A stretch of DNA of 53,695 nucleotides from the NCBI GenBank assembly GCA_964542725.1, contig CAZIVF010000002.1, positions 1 through 53,695 on the forward strand, read 5' to 3'. Below, in pieces: positions 7,241-16,382 of the stretch. Position 1 is the stretch's first letter. Each line of letters starts with the position of its first letter. The notes under the pieces were generated by a model. The model did no database searches. It saw nothing but the letters and a program-made list of their open reading frames with translations, and was not told the DNA's origin. The position numbers were made by a program, and so were the translations under genes. The DNA is from an uncultured Subdoligranulum sp. (GTDB taxonomy: Bacteria > Bacillota > Clostridia > Oscillospirales > Ruminococcaceae).

Positions 7241-9142
7241 ATGGCTATGCGTCAATTCAAAGCGGAAAGCAAAAAGCTGCTGGACCTTATGATCAACTCC
7301 ATCTATACCAACCGTGAGATCTTCCTGCGGGAATTGATCTCCAATGCGTCGGACGCCTGTGACAAACGGTACTTCAACAGCCTGACCGACACTTCCATCG
7401 ACATCAAGAAGGAGGATCTGCACATCCACCTGACGCTGGACAAGGACAGCCGCACCTTGACCATCAGCGACAACGGCATCGGCATGACCAAGGAGGAACT
7501 GGAAAAGGACCTTGGCACCATCGCCCGCTCCGGCAGCCTGGATTTCAAGAACGAGAACCAGAGCAACAACATCGATATCATCGGCCAATTCGGCGTGGGC
7601 TTCTACTCCGCCTTCATGGTCGCCTCCAAGGTGACGGTGATCTCCCGCGCCCAGGGGTCCGAGGAGGCTTGGCAGTGGACTTCCAAGGGTGTGGAGGGCT
7701 ACACCCTGACCGCCGGGGATAAGGACGAGGTCGGCACCGAGATCATCCTGGTCCTCAAGGAAGATACCGACAACGACAACTACAGCCAATACCTGGAGAC
7801 CTACACCATCCAAAACCTGGTGCGCAAGTACAGCGACTATATCCACTTCCCCATCACGATGTTCGTGGAGAAGTCCCGCCAGAAGCCCAAGCCGGAGGAT
7901 GCGGGCGAGGATTACCAGCCGGAGTACGAGAGCTATACCGAGCTGGAGACGCTGAACAGCATGGTGCCGCTGTGGAAACGCCCCAAGAGCGAGGTCAAGG
8001 ACGAGGACTACAACGAATTTTACAAGAGCAAATTCAATGACTGGGCCGACCCGCTGCGGGTCATTACCTCCCGCACCGAGGGTACCGCCACCTACACCGC
8101 GATGCTCTTTGTTCCCAGCCAGACCCCCTACGACTTCTACACCAAGGAGTATGAGAAGGGCCTGGCGCTGTACGCCTCCGGCGTGATGATTATGGAGAAG
8201 TGCGGCGACCTGCTGCCGGACTACTTCAGCTTCATCAAGGGCGTGGTGGACAGCGAGGATTTGAGCCTGAACATCAGCCGCGAGACGCTGCAGCAGGACA
8301 GCCAGCTCAAGCTGATGCGCAACAGCCTGGAAAAGAAGATCAAGAACGAACTGCGCGCCATGCTGAACAATGACCGGGAGAAGTACGAGACCTTCTGGAA
8401 AGCCTTTGGCCGCCAGATCAAGTTCGGCATCTACGGCGACTACGGCATGCACAAGGACTTGCTGGCCGAGCTGCTGCTCTTCTACTCCGCCAAGGAGCAG
8501 AAGCTGGTGACGCTGGACGAGTATATTGAAAAGATGCCCGAGGGCCAGAAGTGCATCTACTTTGCCGCCGGCGACGACACCGACCGCCTTGGCAAACTCC
8601 CCAACGCCCAGCTGGTGCTGAGCAAGGGCTACGACCTGCTGCTCTGCACCGAGGATGTGGATGAGTTCTGCCTGCAGATGATGCGCAATTACAAGGAGAA
8701 GGAGTTTAAGAACATCAACTCCGGCGACCTGGGCCTGGAGACCGAGGAGGAAAAGAAAGCCGCCGAGGAGGCCGCCAGTGAGAACAAGGATCTCTTTGAG
8801 GAGATCAAGGCCGCGCTGAACGGCAAGGTCAAGGAGGTCAAGGCCAACCCCACCCTGCAGGCCCATCCGGTGAGCCTTTCCAGCGAGGGCGGCCTCTCGA
8901 TGGAGATGGAGAAGGTGCTGCGCAAGATGCCCGGTTCGGATGGCGTTGAGAGCACCAAGGTGCTGGAACTGAACCCCAATCACACCGCCTTTGCTGCGCT
9001 GAAGGCCGCCCATGAGGCGGGCGACGGCGACAAGGTGAAGCAGTACGCCGAGCTGCTGTACGACCAGGCGCTGCTCATCGCGGGACTGCCCATCGAGGAC
9101 CCCGTCGCCTACGCCCAGCTGGTCTGCGGCCTGATGAAGTAA
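7241..9142 (+). CDS. htpG: molecular chaperone HtpG (Hsp90)
   Basis: SIYTNREIFLRELISNASDA, DNGIGM, IGQFGVGFYSAF, GVVDSEDLSLNISRE. Confidence 0.97.
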   Translation: MAMRQFKAESKKLLDLMINSIYTNREIFLRELISNASDACDKRYFNSLTDTSIDIKKEDLHIHLTLDKDSRTLTISDNGIGMTKEELEKDLGTIARSGSLDFKNENQSNNIDIIGQFGVGFYSAFMVASKVTVISRAQGSEEAWQWTSKGVEGYTLTAGDKDEVGTEIILVLKEDTDNDNYSQYLETYTIQNLVRKYSDYIHFPITMFVEKSRQKPKPEDAGEDYQPEYESYTELETLNSMVPLWKRPKSEVKDEDYNEFYKSKFNDWADPLRVITSRTEGTATYTAMLFVPSQTPYDFYTKEYEKGLALYASGVMIMEKCGDLLPDYFSFIKGVVDSEDLSLNISRETLQQDSQLKLMRNSLEKKIKNELRAMLNNDREKYETFWKAFGRQIKFGIYGDYGMHKDLLAELLLFYSAKEQKLVTLDEYIEKMPEGQKCIYFAAGDDTDRLGKLPNAQLVLSKGYDLLLCTEDVDEFCLQMMRNYKEKEFKNINSGDLGLETEEEKKAAEEAASENKDLFEEIKAALNGKVKEVKANPTLQAHPVSLSSEGGLSMEMEKVLRKMPGSDGVESTKVLELNPNHTAFAALKAAHEAGDGDKVKQYAELLYDQALLIAGLPIEDPVAYAQLVCGLMK

Positions 9143-9177
9143 GGCCCGCCGAACCGCAGCAAAAGGAGGCATCCGCC

Positions 9178-9558
9178 ATGGATCTGAACACCGTTCACCA
9201 CGTTGCCGTCATCGGCACCGAGTATGAGCGCACACGGGATTTCTATGTGAACAAGCTAGGCTTCGCCGTCCTGCGGGACAACCGCCGCCCCGGCAAGGGG
9301 GACTGCAAGCTGGATCTGCAGCTGAACGGGCTGGAGTTGGAGGTGTTCATCAAGCCGGATGCCCCCCAGCGCCCCAGCTACCCGGAAGCCTGCGGGCTGC
9401 GGCATCTGGCGTTCAAGGTTCCCAGCGTGGCCGATGCGGTGGCGGAACTGGCTGCCCGGGGCATCGAGTGCGAGCCGATCCGGGTGGATGAGTTTACCGG
9501 CGGGCATATGACCTTCTTTTTCGACCCCGACGGCCTGCCGCTGGAGCTGCACGAATAA
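9178..9558 (+). CDS. VOC/glyoxalase family protein (YwkD/YaeR-like)
   Basis: VHHVAVI...FYVNKLG...RPSYPEACGLRHLAF...FFFDPDGLPLELHE. RBS AGGAGG. Confidence 0.9.
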   Translation: MDLNTVHHVAVIGTEYERTRDFYVNKLGFAVLRDNRRPGKGDCKLDLQLNGLELEVFIKPDAPQRPSYPEACGLRHLAFKVPSVADAVAELAARGIECEPIRVDEFTGGHMTFFFDPDGLPLELHE

Positions 9559-9567
9559 TTATGCGTC

Positions 9568-9607
9568 AAGGGCGCCCCGGCCAACCGGCCGGGGCGCCCT
9601 TTTTATT
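9568..9607 (+). terminator. rho-independent terminator
   Basis: AAGGGCGCCCCGGCC-aacc-GGCCGGGGCGCCCTT followed by TTTATT. Confidence 0.85.
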
Positions 9608-9668
9608 GTCTATCCATGCAGAGGTTTTTCTAAGTACAGCACAAGGGCGGCGGGCAGCGCAAGATTTT

Positions 9669-11048
9669 TCACGGCTCCCTCTGCGGCAGGCAGGGCAGCG
9701 TGACGGCGGCGCGCGCGCCGTGGGGTTCGTTTTGGGTGAAGGCAACGGAGCCGCCGTGGGCGGCGATGATCTGGCTGACGATGTGCAGGCCCAGGATGTG
9801 GGGGCTGCCCTCCCCCGCTTCGCCGCCCTGGAGGATTGCCAGCACGGCGGGCGGGTAACCCGCGCCGTCGTCGGCAATTTCCAGGTACAGGCTGTCCCCC
9901 CGCCGTTCGGCCTGCACGGTGACGGTGAAACCGCCTGGGTTGTGGTGGGCGCTGTTGTTCAAAAGATTTTCCAGCGCGCGGGTCAGCAGGGCCGCGTCGG
10001 CGTCCAGCAGGGCGTAGTCCGCCTCGGGCGTCAGGCTGAACTCCACCGGGCAGTCTGCGGCGTTGCAGAAATCCACCGTCGCCTGCCGCAGCAGCGGCCC
10101 CGCCTGCACCGGCGCGCGGCGCAGCGGCTGAGCGTTGTACTGCAGCTTGCTGGTGAGGTTCAGATCCTCGATCAGTGAGCGGATCTTCTGCCCCTGGGCG
10201 CGGATGGCCGCCCCCCGCCGCCGGGCCTCCGGCGGCAGGGCTTCGTCCCCCTCCAGCTGTTCGGCGTAGCCGAAGATCAGTGCCAGCGGGGTGCGGATAT
10301 CGTGGCTGACCCCGGCGATCCACTCAGTGCGGGCGCTGTCGCGCCGGGCGATGAGTTCCTCCTGGCGGCGCAGATGCTCGCCCGTCCGGTTCAGCTGGCC
10401 CGCCAGCTCGGCGGTCACGCCCCGCTCCGGCACCTCCACCGGCCTGCCCTGGGCCAGCCCCTCGATGCCCTGGCCCACGGTTTTCAGGCTCCGGTACATC
10501 TTGAAGGCCATCCACAGGCAGGGGCCCAGCAGAAGCGCCAGGTCGATGAGCAAAATCCGCGGCACCGCCCCCAGCTGGGCGTCCATCAGCAGGGCGCTGA
10601 CGTAGTAGGTGTAGCGATAGACGCTCCCCTTGGGCATAGCCATCACCAGAACGCCGCACTCCGCGATATGGCTGAAGACCGGGTAGCCGTCCAGATACCA
10701 TCGGGTGAAGGAGACGATCTCGCTGACGGTATAGGGGTGGTCCAGCTCATCGGGCAGCCGGTACCGCCAGATGATGTTCCCCACGTCGTCCAGCATCATA
10801 CCCCAGGCCCAGCCGTTCGCCCAATCCTCCGTCGTGTTCTCGGGGCCGGGATGGACCGATCCGTCCGCCTCCTGCACAAAGTGCTCGGCAATCTCGCGGA
10901 CGTAAAAGCCGGTGGCTTGGTCCTCATACTTTTCATAGTTGAAGACGATGATCCCGATAAAGGCCGCCAGGTTGAACGCCAGGATCAAAAGCACCATGCC
11001 CACGGTGGCCGCCACATAGCGGCGCACCAGCTTCCATAGCGTTTTCAT
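9669..11048 (-). CDS. sensor histidine kinase (2 TM, HAMP, HisKA, HATPase)
   Basis: H-box SHDIRTPL, N-box ENLLNNS, DDGAG, GLHIV. Confidence 0.92.
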   Translation of the reverse strand: MKTLWKLVRRYVAATVGMVLLILAFNLAAFIGIIVFNYEKYEDQATGFYVREIAEHFVQEADGSVHPGPENTTEDWANGWAWGMMLDDVGNIIWRYRLPDELDHPYTVSEIVSFTRWYLDGYPVFSHIAECGVLVMAMPKGSVYRYTYYVSALLMDAQLGAVPRILLIDLALLLGPCLWMAFKMYRSLKTVGQGIEGLAQGRPVEVPERGVTAELAGQLNRTGEHLRRQEELIARRDSARTEWIAGVSHDIRTPLALIFGYAEQLEGDEALPPEARRRGAAIRAQGQKIRSLIEDLNLTSKLQYNAQPLRRAPVQAGPLLRQATVDFCNAADCPVEFSLTPEADYALLDADAALLTRALENLLNNSAHHNPGGFTVTVQAERRGDSLYLEIADDGAGYPPAVLAILQGGEAGEGSPHILGLHIVSQIIAAHGGSVAFTQNEPHGARAAVTLPCLPQREP

Positions 11049-11049
11049 G

Positions 11050-11757
11050 CTACGCCTCCCCCGCCAGCTTGTAGCCCAGGCCCCGCACCGTCACCAGGTA
11101 CTGCGGGCGGGAGGGGTCAGCCTCTATCTTCTCCCGCAGGTGGCGGATGTGTACGCCCAATGTGTTCTCGTACCCGTAATAGCCGTCGCCCCAGACCGCC
11201 CCGCACAGGGCGTCGTAGGTGACAATGTGGCCCCGGTTGTCCGCCAGTTTCTGCAGCAGGGCGCGCTCGGTGGCGGTCAGCGGCAGGCAGGCTCCGCCCC
11301 GCAGGACCACGGCATCCCGGAAATCCACGACGCTTCTCCCCAGCGCCAGGCGGCTGCCGGCGTTTTGCAGTTCCGCCCGGTAGCTGCGGCGCAGAATCAG
11401 CTGGATGCGCAGCAGAAGCTCCTGGGTCAGAAAGGGCTTGGTCAGGTAGTCGTCCGCGCCCAGTCCCAGGCCGAAGAGCCGGTCTGCGTCGGCGTCCCGG
11501 GCCGAGAGGAAGAGGGCCGGGATGTCCGCCTGCCGCCGGAATTCCTGCAGCAGGGTGAAGCCGTCACCATCCGGCAGGTTGATGTCCAGGATCATAAGTT
11601 CGGGGCGCTGGGCGGCAAAGGCGGCCCGGGCAGCGGCGCAGCTGGCCGCCGTGACCACGCTGCAGTAGCCCGCCTCCCGCAGGGATTGACCCACTAGGGC
11701 CAGCAGGTCCCGGTTGTCATCCACCAGCAAAATCTTCGCGTCTGAAATATGCCGCAT
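11050..11757 (-). CDS. OmpR/PhoB family response regulator
   Basis: ILLVDD, LDINLPDGDG, GADDYLTKPF, VHIRHLREKIE, TVRGLGY. RBS GGGAGG before ATG 11757. Confidence 0.93.
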   Translation of the reverse strand: MRHISDAKILLVDDNRDLLALVGQSLREAGYCSVVTAASCAAARAAFAAQRPELMILDINLPDGDGFTLLQEFRRQADIPALFLSARDADADRLFGLGLGADDYLTKPFLTQELLLRIQLILRRSYRAELQNAGSRLALGRSVVDFRDAVVLRGGACLPLTATERALLQKLADNRGHIVTYDALCGAVWGDGYYGYENTLGVHIRHLREKIEADPSRPQYLVTVRGLGYKLAGEA

Positions 11758-11860
11758 GGGCGCGTCCTCCCTCCCTGTGCTGCCGAAGACCGGGGCAAGC
11801 GCCCGGTTCACCTCTATTATACCGCCGGGGCGCGGCGCAAGCCAGCCCCGGCCGCAAAAC

Positions 11861-11900
11861 TTAAGGCAAAATTAAGCTGCCCTTTGCCCTGGATTAAGCT
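11861..11900 (+). promoter_or_regulatory. TTAAG direct repeats (putative response-regulator binding site) and -10 element of the ABC operon
   Basis: TTAAG at 11861, 11872 and 11894 (11-bp phasing), with TAAGCT -10-like hexamer at 11895. Confidence 0.55.
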
Positions 11901-11941
11901 GAGGGGTGTACGATACAGGCACACGAAAGGAGCGTGCTTGT

Positions 11942-12850
11942 ATGAATGTGATCGAGACAAACGGGCTTTGCAAAGCCTACGGGAACCATTTTGCGGTGGA
12001 TCATGTGGCGCTGGCCGTGCCGGAGGGGTGCGTTTACGGTTTCATCGGCCCCAACGGGGCGGGCAAATCCACCACCATGAAGCTGCTGCTGGGGCTGATC
12101 CACCCCAGCGCCGGGCAGGTACAGCTGCTGGGCAAGACGATGAACGAGCAAAACCGCCTGGCCCTGCTGCGCCGCACTGGCAGCCTGATCGAGAGCCCCA
12201 GCTTCTACGGCCACCTGACCGCCCAGGAGAATTTGCAGATCGTGGCGGACCTGAAGGGCGTCCCCCACAAGGACATCGACCGGGTGCTGGACATTGTGCA
12301 TCTGGCCAAGGACCGGGGCCGCAGGGTGGGGCAGTACAGTCTGGGGATGCGCCAGCGTCTGGGCATCGCCATGGCGCTGCTGGGCAGCCCGCAGCTGCTG
12401 ATTTTGGATGAACCCACCAACGGCCTGGACCCTGCCGGCATCCAGGAGATGCGCGCGCTCATTGCCGAGATGCCAAACACATCCGGCGCGACGGTGCTGA
12501 TTTCCAGCCATCTGCTCAGCGAACTGGAGCAGATCATCGGCCAGGTGGGCGTCATCAACAAAGGGCGGCTGCTCTTCCAGGGGCCGCTGGCCGAACTGCA
12601 GCGCCACAGCCGGGGCGAGGTCAGCCTGCGGCTGCTGAACCCCCAGAAGGGCGCGGCCATTTTGCAGCGCAACGGGGTACAGGTGCGGCAGGAGCGGGGC
12701 GAACTGGTGCTGCCCGCCCTGCGGGACGAGTACCTGGCCGAGCTGACCCGCGCCCTGGCCGCCGGGGACGCCGGCGTGGTGGGGGTGACGGTGCGCACCA
12801 AGAGTTTGGAGGAAATCTTCCTGCACCTGACGGAAAGCGGGGTGGCGTGA
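11942..12850 (+). CDS. ABC transporter ATP-binding protein, lantibiotic/bacitracin protection type (LanF/BcrA-like)
   Basis: GPNGAGKST, LIESPSFY (E-loop), YSLGMRQRLG, LDEPTNGLDP, ISSH. Confidence 0.9.
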   Translation: MNVIETNGLCKAYGNHFAVDHVALAVPEGCVYGFIGPNGAGKSTTMKLLLGLIHPSAGQVQLLGKTMNEQNRLALLRRTGSLIESPSFYGHLTAQENLQIVADLKGVPHKDIDRVLDIVHLAKDRGRRVGQYSLGMRQRLGIAMALLGSPQLLILDEPTNGLDPAGIQEMRALIAEMPNTSGATVLISSHLLSELEQIIGQVGVINKGRLLFQGPLAELQRHSRGEVSLRLLNPQKGAAILQRNGVQVRQERGELVLPALRDEYLAELTRALAAGDAGVVGVTVRTKSLEEIFLHLTESGVA

Positions 12851-12851
12851 G

Positions 12852-13598
12852 ATGGCGCGCAGCTTTGGAGCGGAACTGCAGAAGGCCCGGCGGCGTTGGG
12901 ATCTGACGGTGGCGCTGGGGATTCCCCTGATCGTATTTCTGTGGGCGTCCCGCGCCACACCCGGCGGGGAAAATCTGGCCAGCGGCTATGCGGGCATGTT
13001 CTACTCCCTGCCGCTGATGAACGCCGTCATCATGCCGGTGGGCATGGCGGCGCTGGCCAGCCGCATCTGGGACTGCGAGACCAAGGGCAGCGCCTGCAAG
13101 CTGCTGTACACCCTGCAGACGCGGCAGAGCCTGTTTGCCGCCAAGGCGCTGCTGGGCCTGTTGGAAAACCTGCTGGTCTGCGCCGTGGAGTGCGGCAGCC
13201 TGCTGGCGCTGGGCCGCATGCAGGGCTACACTGAGGCACTGTTGCCCGGCCGGTTGGGCTGGCTGTTCCTGTGTACCTTTCTGGTGAACGCCATGCTGTG
13301 CTTTTTCTCCTTCTGGCTTAGTATGCGGTTTGCCAACCAGGTGGTGGCGCTGGCCGTGGGCTTCTGTGGGGCGCTGATCGGGCTTTTTGCGGCGTTTATG
13401 CCGATGGTGTTCAGCTATTTTATCCCCTTTGGCTACTACATCCCGCTGGGCGCCGTGGGGATGGACTGGAACCCGGAGACCAGGGTTGCCGCCTATTTCT
13501 ATGCAGACTATCCCTGGTGGCTGCTGGGTATCACCGCCCTGCTGGCCGCCGCGCTGGCGGCGCTCTGCCTGCACACCGTGAAAGACAAGGAGGTATGA
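12852..13598 (+). CDS. ABC-2 permease (LanE/G-like)
   Basis: AELQKARR start, about 6 hydrophobic helices, operonic with the ATPase. Confidence 0.85.
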   Translation: MARSFGAELQKARRRWDLTVALGIPLIVFLWASRATPGGENLASGYAGMFYSLPLMNAVIMPVGMAALASRIWDCETKGSACKLLYTLQTRQSLFAAKALLGLLENLLVCAVECGSLLALGRMQGYTEALLPGRLGWLFLCTFLVNAMLCFFSFWLSMRFANQVVALAVGFCGALIGLFAAFMPMVFSYFIPFGYYIPLGAVGMDWNPETRVAAYFYADYPWWLLGITALLAAALAALCLHTVKDKEV

Positions 13599-13600
13599 CC

Positions 13601-14338
13601 ATGCTGAGCCGTTGTATGATTGCGGAGAACCGCAAGCTGCGGGGCGCGCCTATCTGGTGGGTGTTCCTGGTGGTGCCGCTGATCTCGTCGCTATATGGCA
13701 CCTACAATTTTTTGCAGAACCAGGGGGTTCTCTCCTTTACCTGGTATAACCTGTGGACACAGCACACGCTGTTTTACGCGCTGTTCTTTTTTGCGCCGAT
13801 GGTGGGGGTGTACGCCGCCTACCTGTGGCGGCTGGAGCACCTGGGCCACAACTGGAATTTGATTATGGCCGCCCCGATCCGCCCCCTCTGCCTGTTTATC
13901 GCCAAGTTTGCGGCAGTGGTCAAGATGACGCTGCTGACCCAGCTGTGGGTGTTCGCCCTCTATCTGATTCTGGGCAAGCTGTGGGCCGGGCTGCCGGGCT
14001 GGCCGCCGGCGCAGATTTTCCTCTGGCTGCTACGGGGCGTGGCGGGCAGCTTTGCCATCATCGGGGTGGAACTGCTGCTATCCATGCTCATCCGCAGCTT
14101 CGCGGTGCCGGTTCTGGTAGGGCTGGCCGGGGGCATCAGCGGGATGCTGTTCGTCAGCCGGGGGCTGGGCCTGTGGTGGCCCTACTCGCTGATGCAGGTG
14201 GGCATGAACTCCAACAAGGCGGAGGATACCCTGGCGGGAAGCCTGCTGCCCTTTGCGGCAAGCTGCCTGGTCTGGACGCTGCTGTGCCTGGCTGCCGCCT
14301 GGCTGCTGCTGACCAAGCGGGACGTAAAAACCGAGTGA
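13601..14338 (+). CDS. ABC-2 permease (LanE/G-like)
   Basis: RBS AGGAGG, AENRKLR, WRLEH..NWN, WPYS, multiple TM helices. Confidence 0.85.
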   Translation: MLSRCMIAENRKLRGAPIWWVFLVVPLISSLYGTYNFLQNQGVLSFTWYNLWTQHTLFYALFFFAPMVGVYAAYLWRLEHLGHNWNLIMAAPIRPLCLFIAKFAAVVKMTLLTQLWVFALYLILGKLWAGLPGWPPAQIFLWLLRGVAGSFAIIGVELLLSMLIRSFAVPVLVGLAGGISGMLFVSRGLGLWWPYSLMQVGMNSNKAEDTLAGSLLPFAASCLVWTLLCLAAAWLLLTKRDVKTE

Positions 14339-14353
14339 GCAGGGGTGCGGGCA

Positions 14354-14382
14354 TTGCTTTTGGGCGCGCGGTGCGGTATAAT
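14354..14382 (+). promoter_or_regulatory. sigma-A promoter
   Basis: TTGCTT-17-TATAAT. Confidence 0.7.
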
Positions 14383-14412
14383 GGGAACAGAAATGCTTCG
14401 GGAGGGCTTGCC

Positions 14413-14802
14413 ATGACTGCCAACGCCGCTGATTTTGCCGGGAGCCGCTGCGGGCGGCGCTATGAGAAGGAACTGGAAACCCATTTCCGGGACTGTATGC
14501 TGTTTTACATCGACGGGCGCATCCGCTTTGAGCGGTACTGCTACGGCGAGGCCGCCTGCCTGGTGTTCAGCGTGTGGGCCAGCGGCCTGGATGCCGATGG
14601 CAAGATCCTGTGGGAGAAGGAACCCGAGTTTGAGAGCCAGCAGAAGGCGCTTCCCCGCGTGCTGACCGACGTGCAGGAGGGCGGCGCTGCGCTGCAGTTC
14701 GACGGCGCCCGCAAGCGCTATGTACAGACCGAGGAGTTCGACGCCGATAAGCCCAACGGCTACGGCAAGCTGAAGCTGCTGTTCCTGCGGCGGAAACAGT
14801 GA
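14413..14802 (+). CDS. hypothetical protein (129 aa)
   Basis: RBS GGAGG, ATG 14413, host-like GC3 codon usage, own promoter and terminator. Confidence 0.75.
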   Translation: MTANAADFAGSRCGRRYEKELETHFRDCMLFYIDGRIRFERYCYGEAACLVFSVWASGLDADGKILWEKEPEFESQQKALPRVLTDVQEGGAALQFDGARKRYVQTEEFDADKPNGYGKLKLLFLRRKQ

Positions 14803-14830
14803 CGCCCCGCCGCCAAGCCTTTTGTGATAA

Positions 14831-14873
14831 AGCAGCCCCCTTGCGGCTACGATCCGCAGGGGGCTGCTGTTTT
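14831..14873 (+). terminator. rho-independent terminator
   Basis: AGCAGCCCCC(T)TGCGG...CCGCAGGGGGCTGCT followed by GTTTT. Confidence 0.75.
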
Positions 14874-14939
14874 ATGCGTATGCTGCGGGGCTAGGTCTCG
14901 ATGAACCCGCCTGCACGGCGGGGTTTGCTCAAAGGAGTC

Positions 14940-16262
14940 TCAGAGCATCTCCACCCCGGCGGCGGTGACGCGGGCGTAGATGAGCGGGGGCTGGGCGGGC
15001 GCGGTGTCGGAGAGCACCAGACCGCCCAAGTACATTGCCTCGGCGGCGGCGAAGAGGGCAGGGTCGTTGGCGTGGAAGGTGCAGATGCTCTCCCCCTCCT
15101 TCACATAGTCGCCCAGCTTTTTGTGCATCGTGATACCGGCGGCGAAGTCGATGGAATCTTCCTTCCTGAGGCGGCCTGCGCCCAGCAGCACGCTGGCGTT
15201 GCCGATCTTCTCCACATCGTTCTTGGCGATGTAGCCGCCGGCGGGGGCGGTGACATCGTGATGATACGCCGCCCGGGCGAAGAGGGAGGCATCCCGCAAC
15301 ACGGCGGTATCGCCGCCCTGGGCCGCGAACATCTGACAGCACTTCTCAAAGGCGGAGCCGTCGGCAATGACCGCCCGGGCCATGGCGCGGCAGCCCGCCA
15401 GGCTGCCCTTGCCTGCCAGCGCCAACATGTTGGCCGCCAGCTGCAGGCAGACCTCGGTCAGATCGCCGGGGCCTTTGCCCTGCAGCACCGCCATGCTCTC
15501 GACCACCTCCAGCGAGTTGCCGATGTTTTGCCCCAGCGGCTTATCCATATCGGTGATGAGAGCCGCCACCTTGCGGCCGTAGGCGGTGCCGATGGCCACC
15601 ATCTGGCGGGCCAGTTCAACGGCATCGTCCAGATTCTTCATGAACGCGCCGTCGCCCATCGTCACATCCAGCAGGATGGCGTCCGACCCGGCGGCCAGCT
15701 TTTTGCTCATGATGGAGGAGGCGATCAGCGGGATGCAGCCCACCGTGGCGGTCACGTCCCGCAGGGCGTATATCTTTTTGTCAGCCGCGGCGATCTGGCC
15801 GCTCTGGCCGATGATCGAGATGCCGATCTCGTTCACCTGTTTGAAGAACGCTTCCTGGGTCAGGGCGGTCCGGGTACCCGGCACGGCCTCCATCTTATCA
15901 ATGGTGCCGCCGGTATGGCCCAGGCCCCGTCCGCTCATCTTGGCGATCTTGACGCCGCAGGCCGCCACAATGGGAGCGATGACCAGCGTGGTCTTATCCC
16001 CCACGCCGCCGGTGGAGTGCTTATCCACCTTGACGCCCTCGATGGCGCTCAGGTCCACCATCTCGCCGGAGCGAGCCATCACATCGGTGAGCACCGCCGT
16101 CTCCTCATCGGTCATACCGCGCAGGTAAATCGCCATCAGCAGGGCGGACATCTGGTAATCCGGCACATCCCCGCGCACATAGCCGTCCACGGCAAAGGCA
16201 ATCTCCGCCCGGTTCAGCGTACCGCCGTCCCGCTTTTTGGCAATGATATCGTACATTCGCAT
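14940..16262 (-). CDS. pdp: pyrimidine-nucleoside/thymidine phosphorylase
   Basis: MRMYDIIAKKRDG, DKHSTGGVGDK, KMSGRGLGHTGGTIDK, SIMSKKLA. Confidence 0.95.
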   Translation of the reverse strand: MRMYDIIAKKRDGGTLNRAEIAFAVDGYVRGDVPDYQMSALLMAIYLRGMTDEETAVLTDVMARSGEMVDLSAIEGVKVDKHSTGGVGDKTTLVIAPIVAACGVKIAKMSGRGLGHTGGTIDKMEAVPGTRTALTQEAFFKQVNEIGISIIGQSGQIAAADKKIYALRDVTATVGCIPLIASSIMSKKLAAGSDAILLDVTMGDGAFMKNLDDAVELARQMVAIGTAYGRKVAALITDMDKPLGQNIGNSLEVVESMAVLQGKGPGDLTEVCLQLAANMLALAGKGSLAGCRAMARAVIADGSAFEKCCQMFAAQGGDTAVLRDASLFARAAYHHDVTAPAGGYIAKNDVEKIGNASVLLGAGRLRKEDSIDFAAGITMHKKLGDYVKEGESICTFHANDPALFAAAEAMYLGGLVLSDTAPAQPPLIYARVTAAGVEML

Positions 16263-16337
16263 CAGAAATTCCCTCCTTGCGTTCAGATTAGGAAGCAGAG
16301 AGGGGCGGCAGACGCCGCCCCTCCCCTGTTTGTGTTG

Positions 16338-16382
16338 AGGAACCGCTGAATCAATCTTGCGCAGATTCATTCAGAGTTTCCT
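16338..16382. repeat. imperfect intergenic palindrome (REP/MITE-like family member)
   Basis: AGGAACCGCTGAATCAATCT-tgcgc-AGATTCATTCAGAGTTTCCT, 17/20 paired. Related sequences at 9611, 14919, 36222 and 52750. Confidence 0.6.

Noticed and set aside
7208-9172. 654-aa ORF antisense to htpG
   Set aside because: It is the mirror frame of a strongly codon-biased GC3-rich gene, with no RBS or recognisable domain; a typical antisense artefact.
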